The notes below the pieces were generated by a model, which was given only the letters and a program-made list of their open reading frames with translations, did not search any database and was not told where the DNA came from. Positions 9,955 to 19,497 of a DNA stretch of 64,000 nt are shown in pieces. This DNA comes from Minisyncoccota bacterium (GTDB lineage: Bacteria; Patescibacteriota; Minisyncoccia; Phycocordibacterales; UBA9973), in the NCBI GenBank assembly GCA_035510575.1, contig DATKGV010000008.1, positions 4,618 to 68,617 of the forward strand, given 5' to 3'. The translations under genes and the position numbers were made by a program. Each line of letters starts with the position of its first letter. The stretch's first letter is position 1.

Positions 9955-11226
9955 CTAATATTCTCGCATTGAAAGCTGGGCTTCAACTTTTTTGATCAAA
10001 TCAAGCACGACTGAAACGACAATCAAAAGCGCCGTACCGCCGATAGCGAAAGACGTTATGCCGGTAATCGAGCGCATTAAGAGAGGAAATACGGCAATCA
10101 ATCCCAAAAATACCGCGCCCATCATGGTAATGCGATTGAGAATTTTTAAAATATATTCCTTTGTGGCAGGACCGGGCCTGATGCCGGGAATGAATGCGCC
10201 ATTTTTCTGAAGATTTGTGGAAATCTGTTCTGGATCAAAGGTTACCGCCGTATAGAAATATGTGAACAGGAATACGAAGATGAAATAAGCCAAAGAATAA
10301 AGCCACGTATTGGCGACAAACCAAAGGAGTCCGTGCGAGATGCTCTGCAATGCATGATTGCTCATGCCTGCCAGAAAGTTGCCGGCAAGCTGGGGGAAAA
10401 GCAATATTGAAAGAGCGAAAATTATAGGTATGACTCCGGCTTGATTCACGCGCAACGGCAAATATGTCTGGGTGCCCCCTGCGACGTGATCACCTCTGAC
10501 TTGTTTCGCATAGGTAACCGGTATCGGCCGCTCGGCCTCGGTAACTATCACTACCGCCGCAACAATAAGAAATCCAATGGCTAGGAACAAGATATACAAA
10601 GGCAAGCTGGCAGTGTTATAAGTGAAGATGAACTGGGAAACTTCAGTCGGAATATTCGCGACGATGCCGGCAAATATTATCAGGGAGACGCCGTTACCGA
10701 TGCCGAATTCGGAAATCAATTCGCCTATCCACATAAGAAGCATTGAACCGGCAACAACGACAGACAAGCTGGAAACCATGTTAAAGAGAGAAAGATTGCC
10801 GACAATGCCTTGACGTTTCAAGAGAATAATAAGTCCTAATCCCTGAATTATGGCAAGAGGAACAGTGATGATACGGCTGTAATTATTGAATTTCTTGCGC
10901 CCGATTTCTCCGTCTTCCTGATACATCGCTTTCAACTTGGGCGACATGATGGTCAGAAGCTGCATTATTATCGAAGAAGTTATATATGGGCCGACGCCAA
11001 GCATCAGAATGGAGAGATGCGATAATCCGCCGCCGGAAAACATATTTAACACTCCGAGAAACTGGTTATTGTTTATGAAGGTCTCTAGCTTTGCCGAATC
11101 AATGCCTGGAATAGGTATTATCGCAAGCAGCCTAAAAACGATGAGCGCTCCAAGAACGAACAAAATGCGGGATCTTATCGCCTTGTCGGTAAATATCATT
11201 TTTATTTTGTCTAAGACAGTTTCCAT
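9955..11226 (-). CDS. secY: preprotein translocase subunit SecY
   Basis: Ten predicted TM helices with typical SecY segments. Position after rplO. The ORF track start at 11292 overlaps rplO, so the start is probably the internal Met (METVLDK). Confidence 0.9.
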   Translation of the reverse strand: METVLDKIKMIFTDKAIRSRILFVLGALIVFRLLAIIPIPGIDSAKLETFINNNQFLGVLNMFSGGGLSHLSILMLGVGPYITSSIIMQLLTIMSPKLKAMYQEDGEIGRKKFNNYSRIITVPLAIIQGLGLIILLKRQGIVGNLSLFNMVSSLSVVVAGSMLLMWIGELISEFGIGNGVSLIIFAGIVANIPTEVSQFIFTYNTASLPLYILFLAIGFLIVAAVVIVTEAERPIPVTYAKQVRGDHVAGGTQTYLPLRVNQAGVIPIIFALSILLFPQLAGNFLAGMSNHALQSISHGLLWFVANTWLYSLAYFIFVFLFTYFYTAVTFDPEQISTNLQKNGAFIPGIRPGPATKEYILKILNRITMMGAVFLGLIAVFPLLMRSITGITSFAIGGTALLIVVSVVLDLIKKVEAQLSMREY

Positions 11227-11231
11227 ATGAA

Positions 11232-11660
11232 TTATTTGATGCTGCCGCCGGCTTTTTCTATTTTTGCGCGGGCGGATTTTGAAACGGCGCAATCAACAAC
11301 CGAAACTTTGACCTTTAATTCGCCATCGCCTAAAATTTTAACTTTCGGAATGGCTCCGTTTATTTTTCTGATAAGATTTTTTTCAAAAAGTGCCGCTCCA
11401 TTTATTATTGATCCGGCTGGAAATGCGTTAAGAGCTTCCACGTTAACCGGCGAAAATTTATCAGTTATCGATTTAAACTTATAACCGCGAAGCTTCGGGA
11501 TCTTCTTTATTATATCGCGAATCTGCGGGCGGCGCTTGTTGCCGGCGCGGGCTGTCTGGCCTTTGCCTCCGCGACCCGAGGTCTTGCCGCGCTTGCCGCC
11601 GCGGCCGACGAGGCGCGATTTCTTATTCGGATGTTCTCTTTTTAATGTATGTAATTGCAT
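11232..11660 (-). CDS. rplO: 50S ribosomal protein L15
   Basis: Gly/Arg-rich 'GRGGKRGKTSGRGGKGQ' N-terminal region and operon position. Confidence 0.9.
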   Translation of the reverse strand: MQLHTLKREHPNKKSRLVGRGGKRGKTSGRGGKGQTARAGNKRRPQIRDIIKKIPKLRGYKFKSITDKFSPVNVEALNAFPAGSIINGAALFEKNLIRKINGAIPKVKILGDGELKVKVSVVDCAVSKSARAKIEKAGGSIK

Positions 11661-11673
11661 ATGATTATTTGTT

Positions 11674-12291
11674 TTAAATTTCTTCCGCTTCCGTCACTAT
11701 TGGAATATCTTCAACTATGACCGGCTCGATTATTTTGGGAACGGCTGACTTGGCGCGAATTTCCAAAAGAGCCTTATATGTGACGCGGGCATTATTCAAC
11801 TTATTCTTGCTGCCGGAATGAAGCTTGGCCGTCACATTTTTGAGCCCGGCGAGAGCAAGCATATCTCGCACAGTGCTTCCCGCAACCAATCCTTTGCCTC
11901 GATTAGGCATCATTGCCAGCTTGGAACTTGAGAACTTTGCAGAAACTTCATGAGGAATGGACATTTCTTTAGTTGTTTTGATTTTAAACATATTCTTTTT
12001 TGCCTGGCGAAGCGCTTTGGCTATGGCTATGGCCGTATCACCTCCCTTGCCCGTGCCCAAACCGACTGAACCTTTCTTGTCGCCTATCGCGATAGCAACT
12101 GCAAACGTCATGCGCCTGCCTCCGGCAACCACGCGGGTAACTCGGCGGATGGAAATCATTTTCTGGTCAAACTCCGGCTTTGGGCGCTCAAACATCGCTC
12201 TCGGCTTGCGATCACTGCCACTTTTGCCGCCATGAGCAGATCTGGCATTCTTAATATTATTCGTATGTTGTTTTTGTTTTGATGTGTCCAT
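11674..12291 (-). CDS. rpsE: 30S ribosomal protein S5 (with N-terminal extension)
   Basis: S5 dsRBD and C-terminal domain ('RVTRVVAGGRRMTF', 'GLVAGSTVRDMLALAGL'). Operon position. Confidence 0.9.
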   Translation of the reverse strand: MDTSKQKQHTNNIKNARSAHGGKSGSDRKPRAMFERPKPEFDQKMISIRRVTRVVAGGRRMTFAVAIAIGDKKGSVGLGTGKGGDTAIAIAKALRQAKKNMFKIKTTKEMSIPHEVSAKFSSSKLAMMPNRGKGLVAGSTVRDMLALAGLKNVTAKLHSGSKNKLNNARVTYKALLEIRAKSAVPKIIEPVIVEDIPIVTEAEEI

Positions 12292-12300
12292 ATTTTTATA

Positions 12301-12642
12301 TTAAAATTCTAAACCTGAAGCGCGCGCGGAATCGGCCAGCGCTTTGATCCGGCCGGTATATTTGAATCCATTGCGGTCAAAAACTACCGATTTTATTCCT
12401 TTATCTTTTGCCGACTTTGCGACAAGAGCGCCGACAGATACTGAGCGTTCCGTTTTTGTGCCTTTTTTTATGCTCATATCGGAAGCTGAAACAATTGTCT
12501 TGCCTGTCTCATCATTTATAATTTGGACATAGATAAATTTATTGGAACGAAAAACTGAAAGGCGAGGACGGCTTTCATTTCCGAATATCTTTGTTCGAAT
12601 CTTTTTCTTCAAGCGTATTCTTTTTTCTGATTTCTTATTCAT
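12301..12642 (-). CDS. rplR: 50S ribosomal protein L18
   Basis: Conserved L18 motifs 'RLSVFRSNKFIYVQII' and 'FDRNGFKYTGRIKALADSAR'. Confidence 0.9.
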   Translation of the reverse strand: MNKKSEKRIRLKKKIRTKIFGNESRPRLSVFRSNKFIYVQIINDETGKTIVSASDMSIKKGTKTERSVSVGALVAKSAKDKGIKSVVFDRNGFKYTGRIKALADSARASGLEF

Positions 12643-12683
12643 AATATTTTGTATTTTCTAGTCACTAGAAACTATAACCTAAT

Positions 12684-13220
12684 TTATGCAGCTTTCTTGC
12701 CCTGCTTGCGGCGTACAATTTCGTTATTGTAATGGAATCCTTTACCCTTGTACGGCTCCGGCTTCTTCATAGATCTTAGCGAGGCGGTAAACTGGCCGAC
12801 TAATTCTTTATCAATGCCGGTGACTGTTATATTATTCTTGTCAGCTGTTATTTTAATCCCTTCCGGAATTTTAACCTTAACCGGATGAGAAAATCCCAAG
12901 GCAAGATTTAAAAATTGCCCGGCAACTTCCGATTTAAAGCCGATGCCTTCAAGAACAAGCCCTTTAGTGTAACCTTTGTTTACGCCATCTATCATATTCT
13001 TGACATGGGAAGCATAAGCGCCCCAGAGCGCATTAACTGTGCGATCACCTGTTCTATTCGGAGTAAAAGTAATTTCATTGCCATTGATATGAATAGTGAC
13101 ATCACCTGGGAAATCGCGAGTGAGCGCGCCTTTAGGTCCTTTCACTGTGAAAACAGTTCCAGAGAGTTTAACTTCGGTGCCGTTTGGAATTATTATTTTT
13201 TGTTTACCTATGCGTGACAT
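12684..13220 (-). CDS. rplF: 50S ribosomal protein L6
   Basis: Begins 'MSRIGKQKIIIPNGTEV', the canonical L6 start. The longer ORF to 13265 is an upstream read-through into rpsH. Confidence 0.9.
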   Translation of the reverse strand: MSRIGKQKIIIPNGTEVKLSGTVFTVKGPKGALTRDFPGDVTIHINGNEITFTPNRTGDRTVNALWGAYASHVKNMIDGVNKGYTKGLVLEGIGFKSEVAGQFLNLALGFSHPVKVKIPEGIKITADKNNITVTGIDKELVGQFTASLRSMKKPEPYKGKGFHYNNEIVRRKQGKKAA

Positions 13221-13224
13221 ATAA

Positions 13225-13611
13225 TTACCAAACTTTAAATAATACTTCTCCTCCGACCATTTCACGGCGTGCTTCCCTGTCAGTCAAAATTCCTTTCGGT
13301 GTAGTCAGAACCATTAAGCCGAATCCGTTGCGGGTTGATTTTATATCCTTGACTCCCTTGTAAATACGCCGAGATGATTTTGAAACGCGCTCTACTCCGC
13401 TTACTTTCGGCTGGCCATCAACATACATCAACTCAAGTTCAATAACAGGCAAGCCCTTTCTTATTTTCTTAACAACGGATTTTAGAAAACCTTCTTTAAC
13501 GAGGCATTCGGCAATAGAATATTTAATTTTTGAAAATGGCACAATAACGGACTCTCGTTCTGCGAGATTGCCATTTTTTATCATATTCATCATGTTTGCG
13601 ATTTGATCCAT
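13225..13611 (-). CDS. rpsH: 30S ribosomal protein S8
   Basis: Starts with the 'DQIANMMNMIKNG' S8 signature. Operon position. Confidence 0.9.
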   Translation of the reverse strand: MDQIANMMNMIKNGNLAERESVIVPFSKIKYSIAECLVKEGFLKSVVKKIRKGLPVIELELMYVDGQPKVSGVERVSKSSRRIYKGVKDIKSTRNGFGLMVLTTPKGILTDREARREMVGGEVLFKVW

Positions 13612-13620
13612 ATAAATATT

Positions 13621-13806
13621 TTACCAACTTGATTTTCTAACACCGGGAAGCATTCCTTCATTTGCCATTTCACGAAAGCATATTCGGCAAAGACCGAAAT
13701 CCCTCATGTAAGCATGGGCGCGTCCGCAGCGAAAACACCGATTTGTTTCTCGCGTGCTAAATTTGCTTTTCTTTAAATGTCTGACTATAACTGATTTTTT
13801 GGCCAT
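13621..13806 (-). CDS. rpsZ: 30S ribosomal protein S14 type Z (zinc-binding)
   Basis: 61 aa with a CxxC...CxxC zinc ribbon ('[20 protein letters not shown]'). Confidence 0.9.
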   Translation of the reverse strand: MAKKSVIVRHLKKSKFSTRETNRCFRCGRAHAYMRDFGLCRICFREMANEGMLPGVRKSSW

Positions 13807-13921
13807 AGATAAAATGCTTTTATTGATAAGGCGATATCATGTGTTATTTCTTCTTGGCCTTCCCTAAAACGATTACGTTCGGGCAAAGAAGGAGAAACAC
13901 AGATCAGCTCAATATCAAACT

Positions 13922-13958
13922 CCCCCTATACTAGCAGAAGAGGTATTTAATGTCAATA
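13922..13958 (-). promoter_or_regulatory. internal sigma70-like promoter upstream of rpsZ (TTGACA-N17-tgcTAGTATA)
   Basis: Minus-strand 'TTGACATTAAATACCTCTTCTGCTAGTATAGG' in the unusually long (159 nt) rplE-rpsZ spacer. Confidence 0.5.
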
Positions 13959-13965
13959 AAAAGCC

Positions 13966-14505
13966 TTATTTTTTAAACGGCAGGCCGATGAGTTCAAAGA
14001 AATCTGTGGCTTCTTTTTTGGTTTTGGCTGTTGTGACTATGGTAACAGCCAGGCCGAAAACGTCTTTCAATTCTTCATCGCCCGTTTCAGGGAAAATAGT
14101 ATGCTCTTTGATGCTTAAAGTCAGATTGCCGATATTATCCACAACTTTGCGGTCAATGCCGCGGAAGTCCTTTGTGCGGGGAATTGCCACATTTATAAGC
14201 TTGTCCAAAAATCCGTACATGCGCGCTCCGCGAAGAGTAACAAGCACGCCGATAGGATCGCCGATGCGGGTCTTGAATCCGGCAATAGATTTCTTGGCGC
14301 TGCGAGTAGCCGGTTTTTGTCCGGTAATTTTAGCCAAGCGGTCCATAACCAAATCATTGCGATTTTTATCGCGCTTGATGCCGCTGCCCGTGCCTGATGC
14401 CGCCACTATTTTTACAAGGTGAGGCGCAGCCATGGCATTTTTATATCCATGTTCGGCCTTAAGCTTGCTGAATGCTTTCTTTTCTTTTTGTTTGACTGTT
14501 TCCAT
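13966..14505 (-). CDS. rplE: 50S ribosomal protein L5
   Basis: L5 signature segments and operon position. Confidence 0.9.
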   Translation of the reverse strand: METVKQKEKKAFSKLKAEHGYKNAMAAPHLVKIVAASGTGSGIKRDKNRNDLVMDRLAKITGQKPATRSAKKSIAGFKTRIGDPIGVLVTLRGARMYGFLDKLINVAIPRTKDFRGIDRKVVDNIGNLTLSIKEHTIFPETGDEELKDVFGLAVTIVTTAKTKKEATDFFELIGLPFKK

Positions 14506-14520
14506 AATATTTAAAATAAA

Positions 14521-14754
14521 TTATTCATGTTTTGCCACATTTGATGCGTCAATAGGCATTGCTATATCCAATATCTGGCTTCTGTCCCCTTTTTTATTGG
14601 ACTTATGCGTTTTCTTTTTAAGATTAACGCCTTCAACGACGACTTGGTTGGAAGCAGGAATAGCCCTCAAGATCTTGCCCTTCTTGCCTTTGTTGCTTCC
14701 GGTGATAACTATTACATTGTCTCCTTTTTTGATTTTCATAATTTTTTGTGCCAT
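14521..14754 (-). CDS. rplX: 50S ribosomal protein L24
   Basis: KOW motif 'IKKGDNVIVITGSNKGKKGKI'. Confidence 0.85.
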   Translation of the reverse strand: MAQKIMKIKKGDNVIVITGSNKGKKGKILRAIPASNQVVVEGVNLKKKTHKSNKKGDRSQILDIAMPIDASNVAKHE

Positions 14755-14815
14755 AGGTCAGACCTAGGGACTTTCTTTTTTAAAATTTTGCCCCTAGGTC
14801 TGACCTATGGACCCT

Positions 14816-15187
14816 TTATATAACTTCCTGCGCAAGCGAAATAATCTTCTGATAACCCTTCTCCCCGATTTCTCGAGGAATAGGCCCGAACACGCGGCCG
14901 CCTTTCGGATCAAGCTTATCTTTTTCCAAAATCACGACAGCATTATCGTCAAAGCGTATGTATGATCCGTCTTTTCTTCTGTACGCTTTGACTGTGCGCA
15001 CCACGACGGCTTCTTGCACATCTTTTTTCTTCACCATCTTTCTGGGTTCGGCGATTTTAACGGAAATTATAACCTTGTCGCCGATTGCGGCATAGCGCTT
15101 TTTTGACGAACCAAGCACTTTGAAAACTCTTCCAATCTTGCCCCCGGTATTATCAGCTATATTTACTATTGTTGCATCTTGAATCAT
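14816..15187 (-). CDS. rplN: 50S ribosomal protein L14
   Basis: Starts 'MIQDATIVNIADNTGGK', typical L14. Confidence 0.9.
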   Translation of the reverse strand: MIQDATIVNIADNTGGKIGRVFKVLGSSKKRYAAIGDKVIISVKIAEPRKMVKKKDVQEAVVVRTVKAYRRKDGSYIRFDDNAVVILEKDKLDPKGGRVFGPIPREIGEKGYQKIISLAQEVI

Positions 15188-15196
15188 ATTATTATT

Positions 15197-15457
15197 CTAC
15201 TTGTCCGCCTCTGGCGTGACTATTTTAAATTTTTTATCTTTTGAAATGGGGCGGGTCTCAACTATTTCCACAAGATCGCCTATTTTCTTGCTGTTATTTT
15301 CATCATGAGCTTTATAGTTCTTTGATTTCTTGATGCGCTTGCCGTATTTGGCATGCTCAACAAAGCGAGTAACTTTCACAACGATTGTCTTATCCATCTT
15401 GTCGGAAACGACTATTCCTTTCAAAACTTTATTTAATTTTTTATTTTTTGTTTCCAT
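15197..15457 (-). CDS. rpsQ: 30S ribosomal protein S17
   Basis: OB-fold S17 pattern '[18 protein letters not shown]'. Directly abuts rplP with no room for rpmC (L29). Confidence 0.85.
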   Translation of the reverse strand: METKNKKLNKVLKGIVVSDKMDKTIVVKVTRFVEHAKYGKRIKKSKNYKAHDENNSKKIGDLVEIVETRPISKDKKFKIVTPEADK

Positions 15458-15468
15458 GATTTTTATTT

Positions 15469-15885
15469 TTATCTGGCTACTACGCGCGTATTAACCGGCA
15501 ATTTAGTGCCTGCTTTGCGAAGAGATTCTTTCGCCAGCGCTTCTGGCACTCCGTCGACTTCAAATATAATTCGTCCGGGCCGCACATCCAAACAGTAGCC
15601 CTGAGGATCGCCTTTGCCTTTTCCCATTCCCACTTCTGCCGGCTTGGCAGTAAACGGCCGATCTGGAAATACGCGAATCCACATGCGGCCGGTCTTGCCG
15701 AGAGTTCTTGACGTGACTTTGCGGGCTGATTCCAGCTGATTCGAGCGAATGCGTCCGCCCGTGACGGCTTTGAGTCCGAAAGAGCCGAAAGCGACAGTTA
15801 TGCCACGAGTGTCGGGAGTGACTTTGGTCATATCAGTTCGGCCTGTCTGCCACTTTCTATATTTTACTTTTTTGGGTAATAGCAT
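15469..15885 (-). CDS. rplP: 50S ribosomal protein L16
   Basis: Starts '[11 protein letters not shown]', typical L16 conserved core. Confidence 0.9.
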   Translation of the reverse strand: MLLPKKVKYRKWQTGRTDMTKVTPDTRGITVAFGSFGLKAVTGGRIRSNQLESARKVTSRTLGKTGRMWIRVFPDRPFTAKPAEVGMGKGKGDPQGYCLDVRPGRIIFEVDGVPEALAKESLRKAGTKLPVNTRVVAR

Positions 15886-15893
15886 AAAAATAA

Positions 15894-16556
15894 TTATTTC
15901 TTAATATCGTTAAAAACTTCTCCGCGATAAATCCAGACCTTGATGCCGATATCTCCATAGCTCATATGAGCTTTCTCGCGGGCAAAATCAACATCGGCTC
16001 TGAATGTCTGAAGAGGAATGGAACCGCGCTTAATTTGCTCGCTGCGGGCGATTTCAGCTCCGCCAAGGCGTCCGCCAAGATAAATGCGCGCGCCTTTCAC
16101 TCCGCGGGCCGCCATAATTTTCTCGATGGCTTGCTTGATAACTCGGCGATACGGCAAGCGCTTCTCAAGGCCTTCGGCAATCAGGCACCCCATTATTGAA
16201 GCATCGGCATCCGGATTTGGAACTTCAACAATATCAAGCTTGAAATCTTCAGGGATGGCGATATTATTTCTGTTCATGACAGAAATCAAATCGCTTTTGA
16301 GCTTAGTTGCGCCTTCGCCGGAACGACCGATAATCATGCCCGGGCGCGATGTGTGCACAATTACTTTTGTAACTTTGACATTGCGCTCTATTTCAATGCG
16401 GGAAACATAAAAGCCCCTGAGTTTCTTGGCTAAGAACTCGCGAATAATAACGTCGCTCTTTAACAAGTCCTTATATTTTTTGTCGGCAAACCAGCGCGAT
16501 TTCCAGTCGCGGAGAGTCACTAACCTATGTGAATATGGATGGACAACTTTTGACAT
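15894..16556 (-). CDS. rpsC: 30S ribosomal protein S3
   Basis: KH domain and S3 C-terminal domain ('GIKVWIYRGEVF'). Confidence 0.9.
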   Translation of the reverse strand: MSKVVHPYSHRLVTLRDWKSRWFADKKYKDLLKSDVIIREFLAKKLRGFYVSRIEIERNVKVTKVIVHTSRPGMIIGRSGEGATKLKSDLISVMNRNNIAIPEDFKLDIVEVPNPDADASIMGCLIAEGLEKRLPYRRVIKQAIEKIMAARGVKGARIYLGGRLGGAEIARSEQIKRGSIPLQTFRADVDFAREKAHMSYGDIGIKVWIYRGEVFNDIKK

Positions 16557-16558
16557 AA

Positions 16559-16933
16559 TTATTTCTTTGATTTATTTATCTTTTTAACTTGCCTTGCCTT
16601 ATTATCAGCAGGTTTTTCGGAAAGCGTCAGAAGAACATGACTTGTGCGCCTGTTGATGCGGGACGCACTGCCTCGTGCGCGTGGCATGCTGCGCTTCATG
16701 ACAATGCCGTTATTAACCGTAATATTTGAAATTACAAGATTTTTATCTTCTATTCCGGCTTGCTTGGCATTGGAAATAGCGGAGGCAAGCAAGTTCTTTA
16801 TGGGAAGCGAGGCTCTTTTAGGAAGATTATCCAGCAAAACAAAAGCGTCGGCAACCCTTTTGCCTTTTATTAAGCTCGCTACAAGATTAACCTTGCGGGG
16901 AGACTGTCTGTAGTTTTTCAACGATGCCTTCAT
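16559..16933 (-). CDS. rplV: 50S ribosomal protein L22
   Basis: L22 conserved segments and operon position. Confidence 0.85.
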   Translation of the reverse strand: MKASLKNYRQSPRKVNLVASLIKGKRVADAFVLLDNLPKRASLPIKNLLASAISNAKQAGIEDKNLVISNITVNNGIVMKRSMPRARGSASRINRRTSHVLLTLSEKPADNKARQVKKINKSKK

Positions 16934-16941
16934 AATTAAAT

Positions 16942-17286
16942 TTATTTCTTTGCGGTTTCAACGGCTTCCTTGGCTGATTTTGATGCTGATATTTCCGCTT
17001 CTTTTTTCTTTTCTTCAAGTTCTTTCTGCATTTTTCCGCCGTGTCTGACGAATTTGCGCGTCAGAGAGAATTCGCCAAGCCGATGCCCTACCATATCTTC
17101 GCTTATCAAGACCTCTATGTGCTGTTTGCCATTATGAATGCCGAACATAAAACCAACCATTTCCGGAGAAATGACGCATGCTCGCGACCATGTCTTGATC
17201 ACGCCTGTTTCAATCGGCTTCTTGCCGGCAATCTTTTTCAACAGCCGTTCATCAACGTATGGGCCTTTTTTGAGCGATCTTGTCAT
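16942..17286 (-). CDS. rpsS: 30S ribosomal protein S19 (with Lys/Glu-rich C-terminal tail)
   Basis: Starts '[18 protein letters not shown]' with a later 'HNGKQHIEV' S19 signature. Confidence 0.9.
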   Translation of the reverse strand: MTRSLKKGPYVDERLLKKIAGKKPIETGVIKTWSRACVISPEMVGFMFGIHNGKQHIEVLISEDMVGHRLGEFSLTRKFVRHGGKMQKELEEKKKEAEISASKSAKEAVETAKK

Positions 17287-17319
17287 AATATAATATAAAT
17301 AAGCTCACAAAGAGCTCGC

Positions 17320-17356
17320 AGGATCATACTAGCAAATCTGAAAATAAAGTCAATCT
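17320..17356 (-). promoter_or_regulatory. internal sigma70-like promoter upstream of rpsS (same motif as the tuf promoter)
   Basis: Minus-strand 'TTGACTTTATTTTCAGATTTGCTAGTATG', about 30 nt upstream of the rpsS start. Confidence 0.55.
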
Positions 17357-17553
17357 TTTGGGTTTATATGAGAAATGCCCTGCTCTCACTGGAACACAGG
17401 GCATTAAAATTGCTCGAATCTTTAGCATTATGGGCAATTGAAAACTATTCTCTTCTAACTTAAGTGTTACAGGACTCACCTTTTAACACCGTCGGAATGT
17501 GCAATCTCAACGACTATCTTATATTAAAATAATAATTTGTCAACAACTAAAAT

Positions 17554-17964
17554 TCAATTCATCAGCGCCAAAATTTTCGGCAAGAAGATAATTAATCCAA
17601 CAATTATGGATATAAAAACTGTTAAAAGAACTGCGCCGGCAGCGACATCTTTCGTGTCGCGGGCATACGGATGATATGTTGGACTTGTCAGGTCTATGTC
17701 TATTTCAATGGCAGAGTTTATAGTTTCAGCCAGAATCACAAGACCTATTGTCAGTATAATCAATATCCATTCAATGCTTGAGATGCGCAAAATAAAACCT
17801 AAATATACGGCAAGACCTGCAAAAAACAAATGCCCCCAAGCATTATGACTGCTTTTTAGGAAAATACCAATGCCTCTGACGGCATTATTCGAGCTTCTGA
17901 TGCGGGATATTATTGAGAATTTCTTTTTTTCTGAAAGCCTTTGATACATGGTTGTATTATACAC
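17554..17964 (-). CDS. diacylglycerol kinase (DgkA)/undecaprenol kinase family small membrane protein
   Basis: 136 aa with three TM helices and an 'AETINSAIE' motif resembling the DgkA catalytic region. Unusual position between rplB and rpsS. Confidence 0.5.
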   Translation of the reverse strand: MYNTTMYQRLSEKKKFSIISRIRSSNNAVRGIGIFLKSSHNAWGHLFFAGLAVYLGFILRISSIEWILIILTIGLVILAETINSAIEIDIDLTSPTYHPYARDTKDVAAGAVLLTVFISIIVGLIIFLPKILALMN

Positions 17965-18015
17965 CTAAAAAATAAATTTCCTGACATAATGGCCAGGAAA
18001 TTTCATAAATTATTA

Positions 18016-18228
18016 TTATGCCCATCCGTATGGTGCTCCACGTTTTCTGGCACTAAGCATCGCTAGACGTTCATCTTCTTTTTGTTTTCTTTCTCTGGCA
18101 AAAATCGGATTTTGAGCTCTATTATAAGCATATGCTACTTTTTTGGTTTTGGATCTTTTTATGACCTCTTGAGTTTGATTACATTTGAAACGACCTCTTG
18201 AAAGAGGTTTAAAAGTTGATGGTTTCAT
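18016..18228 (-). CDS. small highly basic protein (70 aa), unknown; possibly an r-protein-like or nucleic-acid-binding protein
   Basis: Lys/Arg-rich ORF inside the r-protein cluster with no recognisable family motif. Confidence 0.3.
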   Translation of the reverse strand: MKPSTFKPLSRGRFKCNQTQEVIKRSKTKKVAYAYNRAQNPIFARERKQKEDERLAMLSARKRGAPYGWA

Positions 18229-18315
18229 ATTTTAATGTATTAAGAATTTTAATTGATATTACATTTATGAGAATCAAAAGTCAATTAAAAATACCCCGAA
18301 GGGTATTTTTGAAAA

Positions 18316-19167
18316 TTATTTTAGATTTTTCGATTTGCCAACTTTGCGTCTTGAGACAACCCACATATTTGAATATTTCTTAGGCGTGCGGGTCTTCTGC
18401 CCTTTGCCGGATGGCTTGCCCCAGATGGTTTTGGCTCGGCGCAATCCTCGCCCTTGCCTGCCTTCGCCGCCGCCATACGGATGATCAACAGGGTTCATGA
18501 CTGAACCGCGAACACGGGGACGAATTCCTTTCCAGCGCGATCTTCCCGCCTTTCCGAAATTTTGAAGCTTAAATTCTTCGTTTGAAACCTCGCCGATGCA
18601 AGCATAGCAATTCTCCGAAACCTTGCGGATTTCCGTTGATGGCATTTTAATATTTGTGTAGCCCAAGTCATTCGCGACTACTTGGCCGAAAGTGCCGGCA
18701 GAACGCGCAAGCTTGCCTCCATTGCCCGGCTTTATTTCTACGTTATAGACGAAAGTTCCGACAGGTATAAGTTTAAGCGGCAAGCGATTAGCAGTCGTCA
18801 AAGGAGCTTTTTCTCCCACAATGAAAGTATCGCCGACTTTTACTGATTTAGGAATGATGACATAACGCTTCTCACCGTCGGCATAGATAGCTAGTCCGAT
18901 GAAAGCATTGCGGTTCGGATCATATTCAATGGAAGAAATTTTGGCGAGAATATCGCGCTTGTCATACATGAAGTCGATATCGCGATATAGGCGCTTGTGT
19001 CCGCCTCCGCGATGCCGCATGGTTATGCGCCCTTGGTTATTCCTTCCGTAAGACCGCTTGAAACCGCCAGTCAAAGATTTCGTAGGTTTACTTTTAGAAA
19101 GTACGTTACGATAATTAACTGTTGTTTGATTGCGTCTTGAAGGCGATGTTGGCTTATATGTTTTCAT
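18316..19167 (-). CDS. rplB: 50S ribosomal protein L2
   Basis: 283 aa with conserved L2 C-terminal 'GGGEGRQGRG' and His region. Confidence 0.9.
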   Translation of the reverse strand: MKTYKPTSPSRRNQTTVNYRNVLSKSKPTKSLTGGFKRSYGRNNQGRITMRHRGGGHKRLYRDIDFMYDKRDILAKISSIEYDPNRNAFIGLAIYADGEKRYVIIPKSVKVGDTFIVGEKAPLTTANRLPLKLIPVGTFVYNVEIKPGNGGKLARSAGTFGQVVANDLGYTNIKMPSTEIRKVSENCYACIGEVSNEEFKLQNFGKAGRSRWKGIRPRVRGSVMNPVDHPYGGGEGRQGRGLRRAKTIWGKPSGKGQKTRTPKKYSNMWVVSRRKVGKSKNLK

Positions 19168-19172
19168 AATTA

Positions 19173-19496
19173 TTATACAAATGCTATCTTGTCTCCCTTT
19201 TTCAAATATACGACCGCTTTTTTGCCTCCTTGTTTTACGCCAATAACTCCGCGGCGGACAACAACTTTTTCTTTAACTTGCATGATTCTCACTTTTATCG
19301 GAGACACGTTATAAACCATTTTGACAGCTTTCTTGATCTCATTTTTGGTCGCATTATTCACGACATTGAAAGTGTACGCTCCTTTGTCGGCAAAAATCGC
19401 CGACTTTTCCGTAATTCGCGGACCAATGATAAGCGGATGGGTTTTAACTTTCTTATCTTCCTCTTTATTATTCTTTTTTACTTTTGTTGTTGCCAT
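19173..19496 (-). CDS. rplW: 50S ribosomal protein L23
   Basis: L23 fold motifs and operon position between rplD and rplB. Confidence 0.85.
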   Translation of the reverse strand: MATTKVKKNNKEEDKKVKTHPLIIGPRITEKSAIFADKGAYTFNVVNNATKNEIKKAVKMVYNVSPIKVRIMQVKEKVVVRRGVIGVKQGGKKAVVYLKKGDKIAFV

Positions 19497-19497
19497 A

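Noticed and set aside
18016-18228. Calling the 70-aa basic ORF ribosomal protein S21 or L32-like
   Set aside because: There is only a vague compositional resemblance with no diagnostic motif. It is left as hypothetical.
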